Positions 47,459-56,873 of a stretch of 64,000 nucleotides of DNA are shown piece after piece. The position numbers and the translations under genes were made by a program. Source of the DNA: Gemmatimonadales bacterium. Its GTDB lineage: Bacteria > Gemmatimonadota > Gemmatimonadetes > Gemmatimonadales > GWC2-71-9. Within the stretch, counting starts at the first letter, position 1; the number at the start of each line of letters is the position of its first letter. The stretch covers positions 67 through 64,066 of the forward strand of contig JAICUF010000003.1 of the NCBI GenBank assembly GCA_025935995.1, read 5' to 3'. The notes under the pieces are model-generated. The model was not told where the DNA came from. It did not search any database and saw only the letters and a program-made list of their open reading frames with translations.

Positions 47459-47848
47459 TCAGCTGACGTGCCGGCTCACCAGCTTGGTCATGTCGAACAT
47501 CGAGACCTGGCTCTTGCCGCCGAACACCGCGCGCAGGTTGTCGTCGGCGTTGATCATGCGGCGATTCTTGGCGTCCTGCAGCCCCTTCCGGCGGATGTAC
47601 GCCCAGAGCTTTTTCGTGAGCTCGGTGCGCGGCAGCGGCGCGCTGCCCACGACGGTGGCGAGCGTCGCGTCGGGCCGAACCGGCTTCATGAACGCGGCGT
47701 TCGGCGTCCGCTTCTTGCCCGACGACTTCCGGGCCGCCTTCTTCGCCGTCTTCTTCCGGGCCGCCGGCCGCTTGGCCGACTTGCTCGACTTCTTCGCCGA
47801 CTTCCGGCTGCTGGACTTCTTCGCCGTCTTCTTGCGTGTGGCTGCCAT
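47459..47848 (-). CDS. SWIB/MDM2-domain protein with Lys/Ser/Ala-rich histone-H1-like N-terminal tail
   Basis: KKTAKK repeats, then NAAFMKPV...LPRTELTKKLWAYIRRKGLQD..NRRMINADD; GGAGG RBS. Confidence 0.92.
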   Translation of the reverse strand: MAATRKKTAKKSSSRKSAKKSSKSAKRPAARKKTAKKAARKSSGKKRTPNAAFMKPVRPDATLATVVGSAPLPRTELTKKLWAYIRRKGLQDAKNRRMINADDNLRAVFGGKSQVSMFDMTKLVSRHVS

Positions 47849-47953
47849 CGCGGTCCTCCCTGAAGGGGTGAGAGCGGTGCCGTTCCCTCTGAAGACTGCT
47901 GCCCGACGCGTCCCAAACTAAGACACTCCGCCACAGTTGCAATAGGGAAAATG

Positions 47954-48042
47954 CCGTTTTCCCCTCTGAAAACCGCCGCGCCGGCCGATTTTCCCCTCTG
48001 AAACGCCGCGCGACGGCGCCGTTTTCCCTCTGAAAACGGCGC
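47954..48042. repeat. Three phased direct repeats CCG(A)TTTTCCC(C)TCTGAAA(A)C, 32-bp period
   Basis: Core CTCTGAAA at 47964, 47996 and 48028; degenerate copy TTCCCTCTGAAG at 47883-47894. Confidence 0.85.
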
Positions 48043-48131
48043 AGCCGGAGACCTGTGCTGGCGCTCCGGCGCCCGCTCGTCTACTCATCCACTGCGGCCT
48101 CGATTCGCCGTTTCACCTCCGGGAGGGCACC

Positions 48132-49400
48132 ATGCCCAGGTTTCACAAGCCCCGCTTCCACCGCGCCGCGCTCGTCGCGCTCGCGCTCCTCGCACCGCCG
48201 GCGCTCGCGGCGCAGCGCGCGCCGGCCGGGCATCGCGGCGTCGTCTGCGACGCCGACAACGGCGGCCTCGAGCTGCCGAACGGCTTCTGCGCCGCGACGG
48301 TCGCCAGCAACCTGGGCCCCGTGCGCCAGCTGGTGGTGACGCCATCGGGCGATCTCTACGCGGCACTCAGCGGCAAGTCGGGCGACGGCACCGGCGGGGT
48401 CCTCGCCTTTCGCGACACGGACGGCGACGGACATCCCGACGAGCGCGCCCGATTCGGCCCCGGCGGCGGCAACGACGTGAAACTGCATGACGGCCATCTC
48501 TACTTTGCGCGGAACGACGACGTCGTCCGCTGGCGGCTCACGCCCGGCAAGCTCGAGCCCGACACCCCGATGGAGACGGTGGTCAGCGGTCTTCCGGCCG
48601 GCGGCCACGGGGCCAAGAGCATCGTCTTCGCAGGCGACACGATGCTCGTGAACTTCGGCTCCGCGACCAACAGCTGCCAGGGAACCGATCGGCTTCCCGC
48701 ATCGAAGGGGAAGGATCCCTGTCCGGAGCTCGCCCAGCGCGCCGGCATCTGGGCCTTCGCGGCGAATCGCACCGGACAGACCGCCGCCGACGGCCGGCGC
48801 TGGGCGACGGGACTCCGGAACGCGATGGCCCTCGCGATCGAGCCGCGCACCGGCCTGCTGTACGCCGGAGTGCACGGCATGGATCAGCTGCGCCAGAGCT
48901 GGGGCTTCAGCAACGAGGTGAACGCGAACAATCCCGCTGAGCTCTTCGCGCAGGTTCAGCCGGGCCAGAACTACGGCTGGCCCTACTGCTACTTCAGCAA
49001 CCAGTACGGCCGCATGGTGACGGCGCCGGAATACGGCGGTGACGGCAGCCGGTCCGACCGGTGCGCCGGCGTCGCGCGGCCGGTCATCGCCTTCCCGGGG
49101 CACTGGGCGCCGATGGCGCTCGCGTTCTACAGCGACACCGCATTCGGCCCGGAGTATCGCGGCGGCGCCTTCATGGCGTGGCACGGCTCGTGGAACCGCG
49201 CGCCGCTCCCGCAGGAGGGATACCGCGTCGTCTTCATTCCGTTCCGCGACGGTCGCCCCGAGGGGAGCTACCGCACCTTCGCGATCGGTCGTGACGGCCC
49301 GACGGCCCTCCGCGCGACCGGCGTGGCTGTCGCGCCCGACGGCTCGCTGTACATTTCGGCGGATCAGAACGGCAAGATCTGGCGAGTGGTTCACCGATGA
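48132..49400 (+). CDS. PQQ-dependent sugar (glucose/sorbosone) dehydrogenase family protein
   Basis: Signal peptide; ATGLRNAMA, NYGWPYCY, FPGHWAPMAL, WHGSWNR, VAVAPDGSLYISAD. Confidence 0.9.
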   Translation: MPRFHKPRFHRAALVALALLAPPALAAQRAPAGHRGVVCDADNGGLELPNGFCAATVASNLGPVRQLVVTPSGDLYAALSGKSGDGTGGVLAFRDTDGDGHPDERARFGPGGGNDVKLHDGHLYFARNDDVVRWRLTPGKLEPDTPMETVVSGLPAGGHGAKSIVFAGDTMLVNFGSATNSCQGTDRLPASKGKDPCPELAQRAGIWAFAANRTGQTAADGRRWATGLRNAMALAIEPRTGLLYAGVHGMDQLRQSWGFSNEVNANNPAELFAQVQPGQNYGWPYCYFSNQYGRMVTAPEYGGDGSRSDRCAGVARPVIAFPGHWAPMALAFYSDTAFGPEYRGGAFMAWHGSWNRAPLPQEGYRVVFIPFRDGRPEGSYRTFAIGRDGPTALRATGVAVAPDGSLYISADQNGKIWRVVHR

Positions 49401-49411
49401 GAGGAGGCGGG

Positions 49412-49984
49412 ATGCGACGAGTGCTGCTGGCGGCCGGCGTCGTGGCCGGAATGATGGGCGCCGCGGGAGCCGCGGCCGCGCAGGATTCGACGAAGGCGGC
49501 CGGGCCCGGCGTGGGTGACCTGGCGCCGGATTTCGTCCTGCCCGGCGCGACGGCGGCCGGGCCGGCGGGTCCGCTCCGGCTCAGCGATTTTCGCGGCAAG
49601 ACGGTGGTGCTCGCGTTCTTCTTCAAGGCGCGGACCAAGGGCTGAACGATCCAAATGGACGCGTACCGTGATCAGTACGCGCAGATCTTCAACGGCGGGA
49701 AGGATGTCGTCCTGCTCGCCGTCAGCACCGACTCGGTCGGCGCCCTGGCTTCGTGGGCGCACGACGCCGGCTACCCCTTCCGCTTCGCCGGCGACTCCGC
49801 CGGCGTGGTGGGGCGCCGGTACGGCGCCTTCAGCGAGAAGTATCAGGTCGACAACCGCACGCTGTTCGTGATCGACCCGGCGGGCCGGATCACCTGGCGC
49901 GCCGCGCCGTTCCGCGAAGTGGACCCCACGGCATACACCGATCTCGCCGCGGCGGTGGGGCGCGCCCGGGCCGGCAAGTCCTGA
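49412..49984 (+). CDS. Exported peroxiredoxin (BCP/AhpC-TSA) selenoprotein; TGA 49643-49645 read as Sec
   Basis: ORFs 49397-49645 and 49655-49984 are in one frame. GDLAPDF...LSDFRGKTVVLAFFFKARTKG-(TGA)-TIQM puts the TGA at the peroxidatic TxxC position. The catalytic-Arg motif RTLFVID follows. Confidence 0.88.
49648..49687 (+). other. Bacterial SECIS-like stem-loop
   Basis: CGCGTAC (49660-49666)-CGTGATCA-GTACGCG (49675-49681) 14 nt after the TGA, with a possible lower GATC/GATC stem. Confidence 0.7.
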
Positions 49985-50007
49985 GGACCCGCCCGGCACG
50001 CGCAGGA

Positions 50008-50044
50008 AAAAAAGAGGGCGGCCGACCTGGCCGCCCTCTTTCTT
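50008..50044. terminator. Bidirectional intrinsic terminator between peroxiredoxin and thrC
   Basis: A-tract, AAAGAGGGCGGCC-GACCT-GGCCGCCCTCTTT, T-tail. Confidence 0.85.
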
Positions 50045-50201
50045 GTGTTGAGATCCTGCCCGCGGCCCCCGGCCGTCCGGCGGTGCCCCGGAGGTGCTGT
50101 CGCACCCACACCGCCCGCATGGATCTCCCGAGCCCGCCGCCGGGCACGACCCGGCTGGCGGTCGCCGAAGATGTGTCGGAGACCATCCACATGCGGTGAC
50201 C

Positions 50202-51467
50202 TCAATCACGCGCCGCTGCGTCAATCGCGCGCTCGAGCGCGCTTACGGTCGGTTCGATGGCGACGGGCTCGGTGGCCGGGAGGCCCGGATCCTTGAGCAG
50301 ATGCCCGGTGAGCACCGCGACCACCCGCTCGCCGGGCGCGATTCGTCCCGTTCTCGCGAGCTGGCGGGCCCCGGCGACGGCGGCGGCGCTGGCGGGCTCG
50401 CATCCGATCCCGGCGCGGTCCACGGCGGCCTTCGCGTCGAGGATCTCGTCGTCGGTCGCGGTGAGTACGATGCCGTCCGTCTCGCGAATCGCCTGCACCG
50501 CGCGGTCCCACGACGCGGGATTCCCGATCCGTATCGCGCTGGCCACCGTCTCCGCCCGCACGGTGTGCCGGGTACGGAATCCATCGGCGAACCCGGCGGC
50601 GAAGGGCGCCGCAGCGGCCGCCTGCACCCCGACGAGGCGCGGGATCCGGGAGATCACGCCGTAGTCGCGAAGCTCCCGGAGCGCCTTCCCGAAGGCCGAG
50701 AGGTTGCCGAGGTTGCCCGCCGGGACGACGATCCAGGCGGGCGGCTCCCAGGCGAGCTGCTGCAGCAGCTCCAGGATGATGGTCTTCTGTCCCTCGATCC
50801 GATACGGATTCACCGAGTTGAGCAGGTACACGCCGAGCCGCGCCCCCGACTCCTCGACGAGGCGCATGCTGTCGTCGAAATCGCCGCGGACCGCGAAGAC
50901 CTGTGCCCCGTACGCGACGGCCTGTGCGAGCTTGCCGGCCGCCACGCCGCCGGCGGGCACCAGCACCAGCGCGGCAAGGCGGGCCTGCGCGGCGTAGGCC
51001 GCGAGTGAGGCGGCGGTATTGCCCGTGGAGGCGCACGCCACCGCGCGCGCGCCGATGCGGACCGCCTGCGTCACACCGACCGTCATCCCGCGATCCTTGA
51101 ACGAGCCCGTCGGGTTGTAGCCCTCGTGCTTGAGCAGCAGCTCGGGAATCCCGGTGTATTCGTCGAGGGCGGTGCGGTGGAGGAGCGGGGTGTTGCCCTC
51201 CGGATGCGAGACGATGAGCTCGGCCGACGGCATGACGAGCTCCCGGAAGCGCCAGACGCCGGAGGTGGCGCCCGCGCCGCGCGGCCCGCCGCGCCGCTCC
51301 GTGAATCGCCGGAGCAGCTCATCGCGGGTGATGTCGGGCGCGCGATGCCGGACCTCGAGGAGGCCGCCGCACTGCCGGCAGCGAGTGGCGGGGTCGATGT
51401 CCACGGTCTCGTTGCCGCAGGCGATGCAGGTCTGCCAGCTGCGCGGCCGATCGGTGCTGAAGCTCAT
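50202..51467 (-). CDS. thrC: Threonine synthase
   Basis: N-terminal CxxC...CxxC; EGNTPL, NPTGSFKDRG, CASTGNT, GNLGN. Confidence 0.95.
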   Translation of the reverse strand: MSFSTDRPRSWQTCIACGNETVDIDPATRCRQCGGLLEVRHRAPDITRDELLRRFTERRGGPRGAGATSGVWRFRELVMPSAELIVSHPEGNTPLLHRTALDEYTGIPELLLKHEGYNPTGSFKDRGMTVGVTQAVRIGARAVACASTGNTAASLAAYAAQARLAALVLVPAGGVAAGKLAQAVAYGAQVFAVRGDFDDSMRLVEESGARLGVYLLNSVNPYRIEGQKTIILELLQQLAWEPPAWIVVPAGNLGNLSAFGKALRELRDYGVISRIPRLVGVQAAAAAPFAAGFADGFRTRHTVRAETVASAIRIGNPASWDRAVQAIRETDGIVLTATDDEILDAKAAVDRAGIGCEPASAAAVAGARQLARTGRIAPGERVVAVLTGHLLKDPGLPATEPVAIEPTVSALERAIDAAARD

Positions 51468-52417
51468 GGTACATCCCCTGGCGTGGTGTGCCGGACCAGC
51501 CGCACGCCGGTCCGGTCGACGGGGGCGACGCGCGCCTCCGAGGCGAAGCCCGCGGCCCGGTACGCGCCCGCCATCGCCTCGGCGACCGCGAGGCCGACAC
51601 CCTCGCTCTCGACGAGCGCGAACGCGGTGGGGCCCGCGCCGGAGATCGAGGCCCCGACCGCACCGGCCTCCAGCGCCGCGGCGCGAGCCGCCCTGAAGCC
51701 GGGCAGGAGTGGCGCGCGCGCCGGCTCGGCGATAGCGTCATCGAGCGCGCGGCCGATCAGCGCGAGGTCTCCCTGGAGGAAGCCCGCGACCATCGCCGCG
51801 ACGTTGGCGGCCTGGGCCAGGCAGGTCGCGAGTGGCACCTGGGCCGGAAGCGCGGCGCGGGCGTCCGACGTGCGGAGGCGGTGCGCCGGGTGGACCAGCA
51901 CCACGCGCAGCCCCTCGGGGCACGGCAGCGGGATCACGTCGAGCGGATCGATCGAGCGGATGAGCACGACCCCGCCCAGGAGCGACGGCGCGATGTTGTC
52001 GGCATGCCGTCCCGCCACGGCGGCCTCGGCCGTGAGTGCCGCCGCCAGCAGACCGGGCATGCCGAGCGGTGAGCCCAGGATCGCGTTGGCGGCCGCGGCG
52101 CCGGCGGCGGCGGACGCGCCGCTGCCGCCCTGGCCGCCCGAGAGCGGAAGTCCCTTCGCGACGCTCAGCCGGAGGCCGCCCGCTGCGCCGGAGCGTCGCA
52201 GCACCTCGGCCGCGGCGATGGCCGAGGCGTGGCGATCGGGTTCGCGCGGCAGATCGGGATGGCCCGGATCCGCCAGCGTGATCCCGGCCTGCTCGGTCCG
52301 CTCGGCCGTCACGGCGTCGCCGCGCCCGGCAACTGCGAGGCCGAGGATGTCGAGCCCCGGGCCGATGTTGCCGATCGAGCCCGGGGCGACAGCGGTGATC
52401 CGGATGGGCTGGCTCAT
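51464..52417 (-). CDS. thrB: Homoserine kinase (GHMP family)
   Basis: APGSIGNIGPGLDILG, KGLPLSGGQGGSGAS, HADNIAP, ISGAGPT. Confidence 0.93.
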   Translation of the reverse strand: MSQPIRITAVAPGSIGNIGPGLDILGLAVAGRGDAVTAERTEQAGITLADPGHPDLPREPDRHASAIAAAEVLRRSGAAGGLRLSVAKGLPLSGGQGGSGASAAAGAAAANAILGSPLGMPGLLAAALTAEAAVAGRHADNIAPSLLGGVVLIRSIDPLDVIPLPCPEGLRVVLVHPAHRLRTSDARAALPAQVPLATCLAQAANVAAMVAGFLQGDLALIGRALDDAIAEPARAPLLPGFRAARAAALEAGAVGASISGAGPTAFALVESEGVGLAVAEAMAGAYRAAGFASEARVAPVDRTGVRLVRHTTPGDVP

Positions 52418-52509
52418 CAGGTCGAGGACGATACGCCGGCCCGCGGATGAAGTCCACCACGCGGCCGGCCGGTATTAGTGTTCACCCTGCACCCACACCC
52501 GAGGAATCG

Positions 52510-54069
52510 ATGCTGTCTGCGTTCGTGCTGCTCGCCGCCGCCGCGCCCGCCGCCGGTTCCGCGCCGGCCCACCCGTATGCCATCGAGTACACCTTCCGCA
52601 GCACCGAGCCGGCCACGCATCTCGGCGACGTCTCGGTGCGCGTGAGCGGGCGGGACGCGGACGAGATCCTCTTCCAGATGCCCAGGTGGTATCCGGGCCG
52701 GTACGCGATCTACAACTTCGCGGCCAACGTGCAGGAGGTCGCGGCCCGCTGCGGCGAGGCGCCCGCGCCCGCGCCGAAGCGCGACAACACCACCTGGGTG
52801 GTGCACTGTCCGCGGGCCCGCGCCGTCACGTTCAGCTACCGGGTCTTCTGGAACGATCTCAACGGCTCGCTCTCGCAGATCGATTCGACCCACATCAACC
52901 TGAATCCCGGCAACACCTTCGTCTACGTCGTCGGGCACAAGCCCGATCCGGTGGCGGTGCACTACTACGGGCCGGCCGGCTGGCGCGTGATCAACGGCAA
53001 CCCCGCGCCGGGTCCCGACTACCGGTTCCCCAACTACGATCTGATGATCGACAACCCCACCGAGATCTCCGGCTCGTTCACGGTGGACAGCTTCGAGGTG
53101 AACGGGACGACCTACCGCGTGATGCTGCACACCGACAAGGATCCGGGCGCCGCGCGCGGCCTGCTCGTGCGGTCGATCGCGAAGATCGTCCGCGCCGAGG
53201 CCGCCATGTGGGGACAGCAGCCGGTCAGGCAGTACACCTTCATGGTGCACTATCTCGACAAGAACGGCGGCGACGGGATGGAGCACACGACGTCCACCCA
53301 CATCAGCCAGCCCGTGTCGCTGGCCACCGTCGCGGCCGACTCCGCCGCGTTCATGAACCGGATCGAAGTCTTCGCGCACGAGTTCTTCCATACCTGGAAC
53401 ATGAAGCGGCTCCGCGCCGCCGAGCTGGGGCCGTGGGACTACGTGCACGAGAATCCCACGCGGACCCTCTGGATCGGCGAGGGCATCACCAACTATTACG
53501 GCGCGCGCACGCTGCACCGCGCGGGCCTGGTGGACAGCGCGGGCTATCTGGCGCGCGTGGCGGGCGCCGTCTCCCAGCTGCAGCGCTCGCCGGGGCGGCT
53601 CCTCATGAGCGCCGAGCAGAGCTCGTACAACGCCTGGTTCTTCGATGCCGTGCCGCTCCGCCAGAAGACCAACTTCCGGAACATCAACATCTCGTACTAC
53701 AACAAGGGCGAGCTGCTCGGGTGGCTCCTCGATCTCGACATCCGGGCGAAGACGGGCGGCGGGAAGACGCTCGACGATGTGATGCGTCTCATGTGGCAGC
53801 GTTTCTGGCTCGGCCGCACCACGAGCTACTACCTGCAGGGGCACGGCTACACCGTCGAGGACTTCCGCCGCGCGGTCGAGACCGTCGCCGGCGCCAGCTA
53901 CGCCGACTTCTTCCGCCGCTATGTGGCCGGCGTCGAGGAGCTCCCCTACGACGAGGTGCTCGGGCGCGTCGGGCTCCGGCTGACGCACGAGGGAGACGCG
54001 TACACCCTCGCCCTCGATCCCGCGGCGAAGGGCAGCGCCATCGGCGCCGCCTGGCTGGCCGGGCACTAG
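52510..54069 (+). CDS. M61 family (glycyl) metallo-aminopeptidase
   Basis: MPRWYPGRY, GMEH, AHEFFHTWNMKR, LWIGEG.TNYY, SYYNKG. Confidence 0.92.
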   Translation: MLSAFVLLAAAAPAAGSAPAHPYAIEYTFRSTEPATHLGDVSVRVSGRDADEILFQMPRWYPGRYAIYNFAANVQEVAARCGEAPAPAPKRDNTTWVVHCPRARAVTFSYRVFWNDLNGSLSQIDSTHINLNPGNTFVYVVGHKPDPVAVHYYGPAGWRVINGNPAPGPDYRFPNYDLMIDNPTEISGSFTVDSFEVNGTTYRVMLHTDKDPGAARGLLVRSIAKIVRAEAAMWGQQPVRQYTFMVHYLDKNGGDGMEHTTSTHISQPVSLATVAADSAAFMNRIEVFAHEFFHTWNMKRLRAAELGPWDYVHENPTRTLWIGEGITNYYGARTLHRAGLVDSAGYLARVAGAVSQLQRSPGRLLMSAEQSSYNAWFFDAVPLRQKTNFRNINISYYNKGELLGWLLDLDIRAKTGGGKTLDDVMRLMWQRFWLGRTTSYYLQGHGYTVEDFRRAVETVAGASYADFFRRYVAGVEELPYDEVLGRVGLRLTHEGDAYTLALDPAAKGSAIGAAWLAGH

Positions 54070-55143
54070 ATGCGCATCGCCGTCCCGAAGGAGACGGCGG
54101 CACACGAGCGGCGCGTCGCGCTGGTGCCCGACGGCGTGACGCGCCTGGTGAAGGCCGGCCACAGCGTCGTCGTCGAGCGTGACGCGGGCGCGGCAGCCGG
54201 CTTTCCCGACGCGCGCTACGAGGAAGCGGGTGCCGCGATCGTGGCCGAGGACGTGGTCTGGGCCGGGGCCGACGTCGTGCTCAAGGTGCAGCGCCCCGCG
54301 CCCGACGAGGTCGAGCGCATCGGGCGGGGCGCCGTGCTGGTCGCGCTGATGAGCCCGGCGACGGCCGCCGACACCGTCGAGCGGCTGGCGGCGCGCGGCG
54401 TCCACGTCTTCGCGATGGAGCTGGTGCCGCGCACCACCAAGGCGCAGTCGATGGACGCTCTGTCCTCGCAGGCGACGGTCGCCGGGTACAAGGCGGTGCT
54501 GGTCGGAGCGGGCACGCTGCCGCGATTCCTTCCCATGCTCACCACCGCCGCCGGGACCATCGCGCCGGCACGCGTGTTCGTCATCGGCGCCGGCGTCGCC
54601 GGCCTGCAGGCGATCGCCACCGCCCGGCGGCTCGGCGCCATCGTGTCGGCGTTCGATGTCCGGCCCGCTGTCCGCGAACAGGTCCAGAGCCTGGGCGCGG
54701 CCTTCGTCGAGGCGGGAGCGAGCGCCGAAGGCGCCGGCGGCTACGCCACGGCGCTCGGCGCCGACGAGCAGGCGCGCGTCGAGGCTGCCGTCGCCGGCCA
54801 CATCAGCGGCGTCGATCTCGTGATCACCACCGCGCAGATTCCCGGTCGCGCCGCACCCCGCCTCGTCACCGACGCCATGCTCGCCACCATGCGCCCCGGC
54901 TCGGTGGTCGTGGACCTCGCGGCCGAGAGCGGCGGGAACTGCGAGGCCACCCGCGCCGGCGAGATCGTCGTCGCCCACGGCGTCACCGTGCTGGGGCCGG
55001 TGAATCTCGCGAGCACCCTGCCGTTCCATGCCAGCCAGATGTACGGCCGCAACATCGTGGCGTTCCTCGAGCACATCATCCGGGACGGCGCGATCGGGCC
55101 CCTGACCGACGATCCGATCGCCGGGCCGATGCGGCTGGCCTGA
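54070..55143 (+). CDS. pntA: NAD(P) transhydrogenase subunit alpha part 1 (domain I)
   Basis: ERRVALVP, AQSMDALSSQ, IGAGVAGLQA, DLAAESGGNCE. Confidence 0.96.
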   Translation: MRIAVPKETAAHERRVALVPDGVTRLVKAGHSVVVERDAGAAAGFPDARYEEAGAAIVAEDVVWAGADVVLKVQRPAPDEVERIGRGAVLVALMSPATAADTVERLAARGVHVFAMELVPRTTKAQSMDALSSQATVAGYKAVLVGAGTLPRFLPMLTTAAGTIAPARVFVIGAGVAGLQAIATARRLGAIVSAFDVRPAVREQVQSLGAAFVEAGASAEGAGGYATALGADEQARVEAAVAGHISGVDLVITTAQIPGRAAPRLVTDAMLATMRPGSVVVDLAAESGGNCEATRAGEIVVAHGVTVLGPVNLASTLPFHASQMYGRNIVAFLEHIIRDGAIGPLTDDPIAGPMRLA

Positions 55144-55162
55144 CCCTTCCGCCGGAGGACCG

Positions 55163-55477
55163 ATGTCGCCCACCTTCGTGATCGAGCTGTACGTGTTCGT
55201 CCTCGCGGGGTTCGTGGGCTATCAGGTGATCACCCGCGTGCCGCCGCTGCTGCACACCCCGCTCATGTCCGCCACCAACGCGATCTCGGGGATCTCGCTC
55301 GTCGGCTCGCTGGTCGCCGCGGGGGCGGGCCGCGGAACCGCCACGACCATCCTGGGCGTCGTGGCGGTCGCGTCCGCCACGATCAACGTGGTCGGCGGCT
55401 TCCTCATCACCGACCGCATGCTCCGGATGTTCCACCGCGCCGACCCGAAGGCGCCGACGCGCCCGCCGGCGCCATGA
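55163..55477 (+). CDS. pntA: NAD(P) transhydrogenase subunit alpha part 2 (membrane)
   Basis: LHTPLMSATNAISG, NVVGGFLITDRML. Confidence 0.96.
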   Translation: MSPTFVIELYVFVLAGFVGYQVITRVPPLLHTPLMSATNAISGISLVGSLVAAGAGRGTATTILGVVAVASATINVVGGFLITDRMLRMFHRADPKAPTRPPAP

Positions 55478-56853
55478 GCGAATTCGTCATCCAGGCCGCC
55501 TACCTCGCGGCCTCCGTCCTCTTCATCCTCGGGCTCAAGAGCCTCACGCGGCCCGACACCGCGCGCCGCGGCATGCAGCAGGCCGCGATCGGCATGCTGC
55601 TGGCGGTGATCGGCACGCTGCTCAATCACCAGATCGTCGACTACAAGTGGATCGTCGTGGGGCTTGCCGTCGGCTCGCTTCTCGGGTATCCGCTGGGCAT
55701 GTTCGTGCCGATGACCGCGATGCCGCAGCGGATCGCCATCAGTCACATGTTCGGCGCGCTCGCCGCGACGCTCGTCGGCGTCGCCGAGTATCACACGGAA
55801 AGCGCGGCGCTCCCGACGGCGCGCATGGCCGCGCTGGGCTTCGAGGTCCTCTTCGGGTCGCTCACGGTCACCGGCAGCTTCATGGCGTTCGCCAAGCTGC
55901 AGGAGCTGATGCGCGGGAAGCCGATCACCTTTCCGGGGCAGAACATCCTCAACCTCTCCCTGTTCGCCGCCGCGCTGGGCGGCTTCGGCTATCTGATCGC
56001 GAGCCCGGGACACCCGGCGGTCTTCTACGGGATGATCGGCGTGGCGCTCCTGATCGGTGTGCTGATGGTGCTGCCGATCGGCGGCGCGGACATGCCGGTC
56101 GTCGTCTCGCTCCTCAACTCCTACGCCGGCCTCGCCTCCGCCGCCACCGGCTTCGCGCTGGGCAACACGGTGCTCATCATCTGCGGCGCGCTCGACGGGG
56201 CGTCGGGCTTCCTGCTGTCGATTCTCATGAGCAAGGCGATGAACCGGTCGTTCCGGAACGTGCTCTTCGGTGCCTTCGGGGGCGACAAGGCCGCGGCCGG
56301 CAGTCGCACCGCCGAGGGACTCGTCGCGCGCGAGATCTCGGTCGAGGACGCCGCGCTCCGCCTGGCCTACGCGTCGAAGGTGATCGTGGTGCCGGGCTAC
56401 GGGATGGCGGTGGCGCAGTCACAGCACCAGGTGCGCGAGCTGGCCGAGCTGATCGAGCGGCGCGGCGGGGACGTGAAGTACGCGATTCATCCGGTGGCGG
56501 GCCGGATGCCCGGGCACATGAACGTGCTGCTCGCCGAGGCCAACGTGCCGTACGACCGGTTGTACGACATGGAGGAGATCAACGGTCAGTTCGAGCAGGC
56601 CGACGTCGCGCTCGTGATCGGCGCCAACGACGTGGTGAACCCGGCGGCCCGGAACGACCCCGGCAGCCCCATCTACGGGATGCCGATCCTCAACGTGGAT
56701 CAGGCGCGCAGCGTAATAGTGCTCAAGCGAAGCATGAACCCGGGATTCGCCGGCATCGAGAACGAGCTCTTCTACGACGAGCGCACCTCGATGCTGTTCG
56801 GGGATGCGAAGTCATCGCTCACGAGGCTCGTCACCGAAGTCAAAGCCCTCTAG
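55474..56853 (+). CDS. pntB: NAD(P) transhydrogenase subunit beta
   Basis: IGGADMPVVVSLLNSY, VPGYGMAVAQ, HPVAGRMPGHMNVLLAEA, GANDVVNPAA. Confidence 0.97.
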   Translation: MSEFVIQAAYLAASVLFILGLKSLTRPDTARRGMQQAAIGMLLAVIGTLLNHQIVDYKWIVVGLAVGSLLGYPLGMFVPMTAMPQRIAISHMFGALAATLVGVAEYHTESAALPTARMAALGFEVLFGSLTVTGSFMAFAKLQELMRGKPITFPGQNILNLSLFAAALGGFGYLIASPGHPAVFYGMIGVALLIGVLMVLPIGGADMPVVVSLLNSYAGLASAATGFALGNTVLIICGALDGASGFLLSILMSKAMNRSFRNVLFGAFGGDKAAAGSRTAEGLVAREISVEDAALRLAYASKVIVVPGYGMAVAQSQHQVRELAELIERRGGDVKYAIHPVAGRMPGHMNVLLAEANVPYDRLYDMEEINGQFEQADVALVIGANDVVNPAARNDPGSPIYGMPILNVDQARSVIVLKRSMNPGFAGIENELFYDERTSMLFGDAKSSLTRLVTEVKAL

Positions 56854-56873
56854 CCATTTACCGGAGTTCTCCC

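Noticed and set aside
47954-48042. Phased repeats as a mini-CRISPR array
   Set aside because: The period is only 32 bp, the inter-repeat segments are about 12 bp and resemble each other, and there are no cas genes.
49397-49984. Two small separate genes or a nonsense pseudogene
   Set aside because: The stop is TGA at the catalytic Cys position, the frame continues, and a SECIS-like hairpin follows; selenoprotein is the better explanation.
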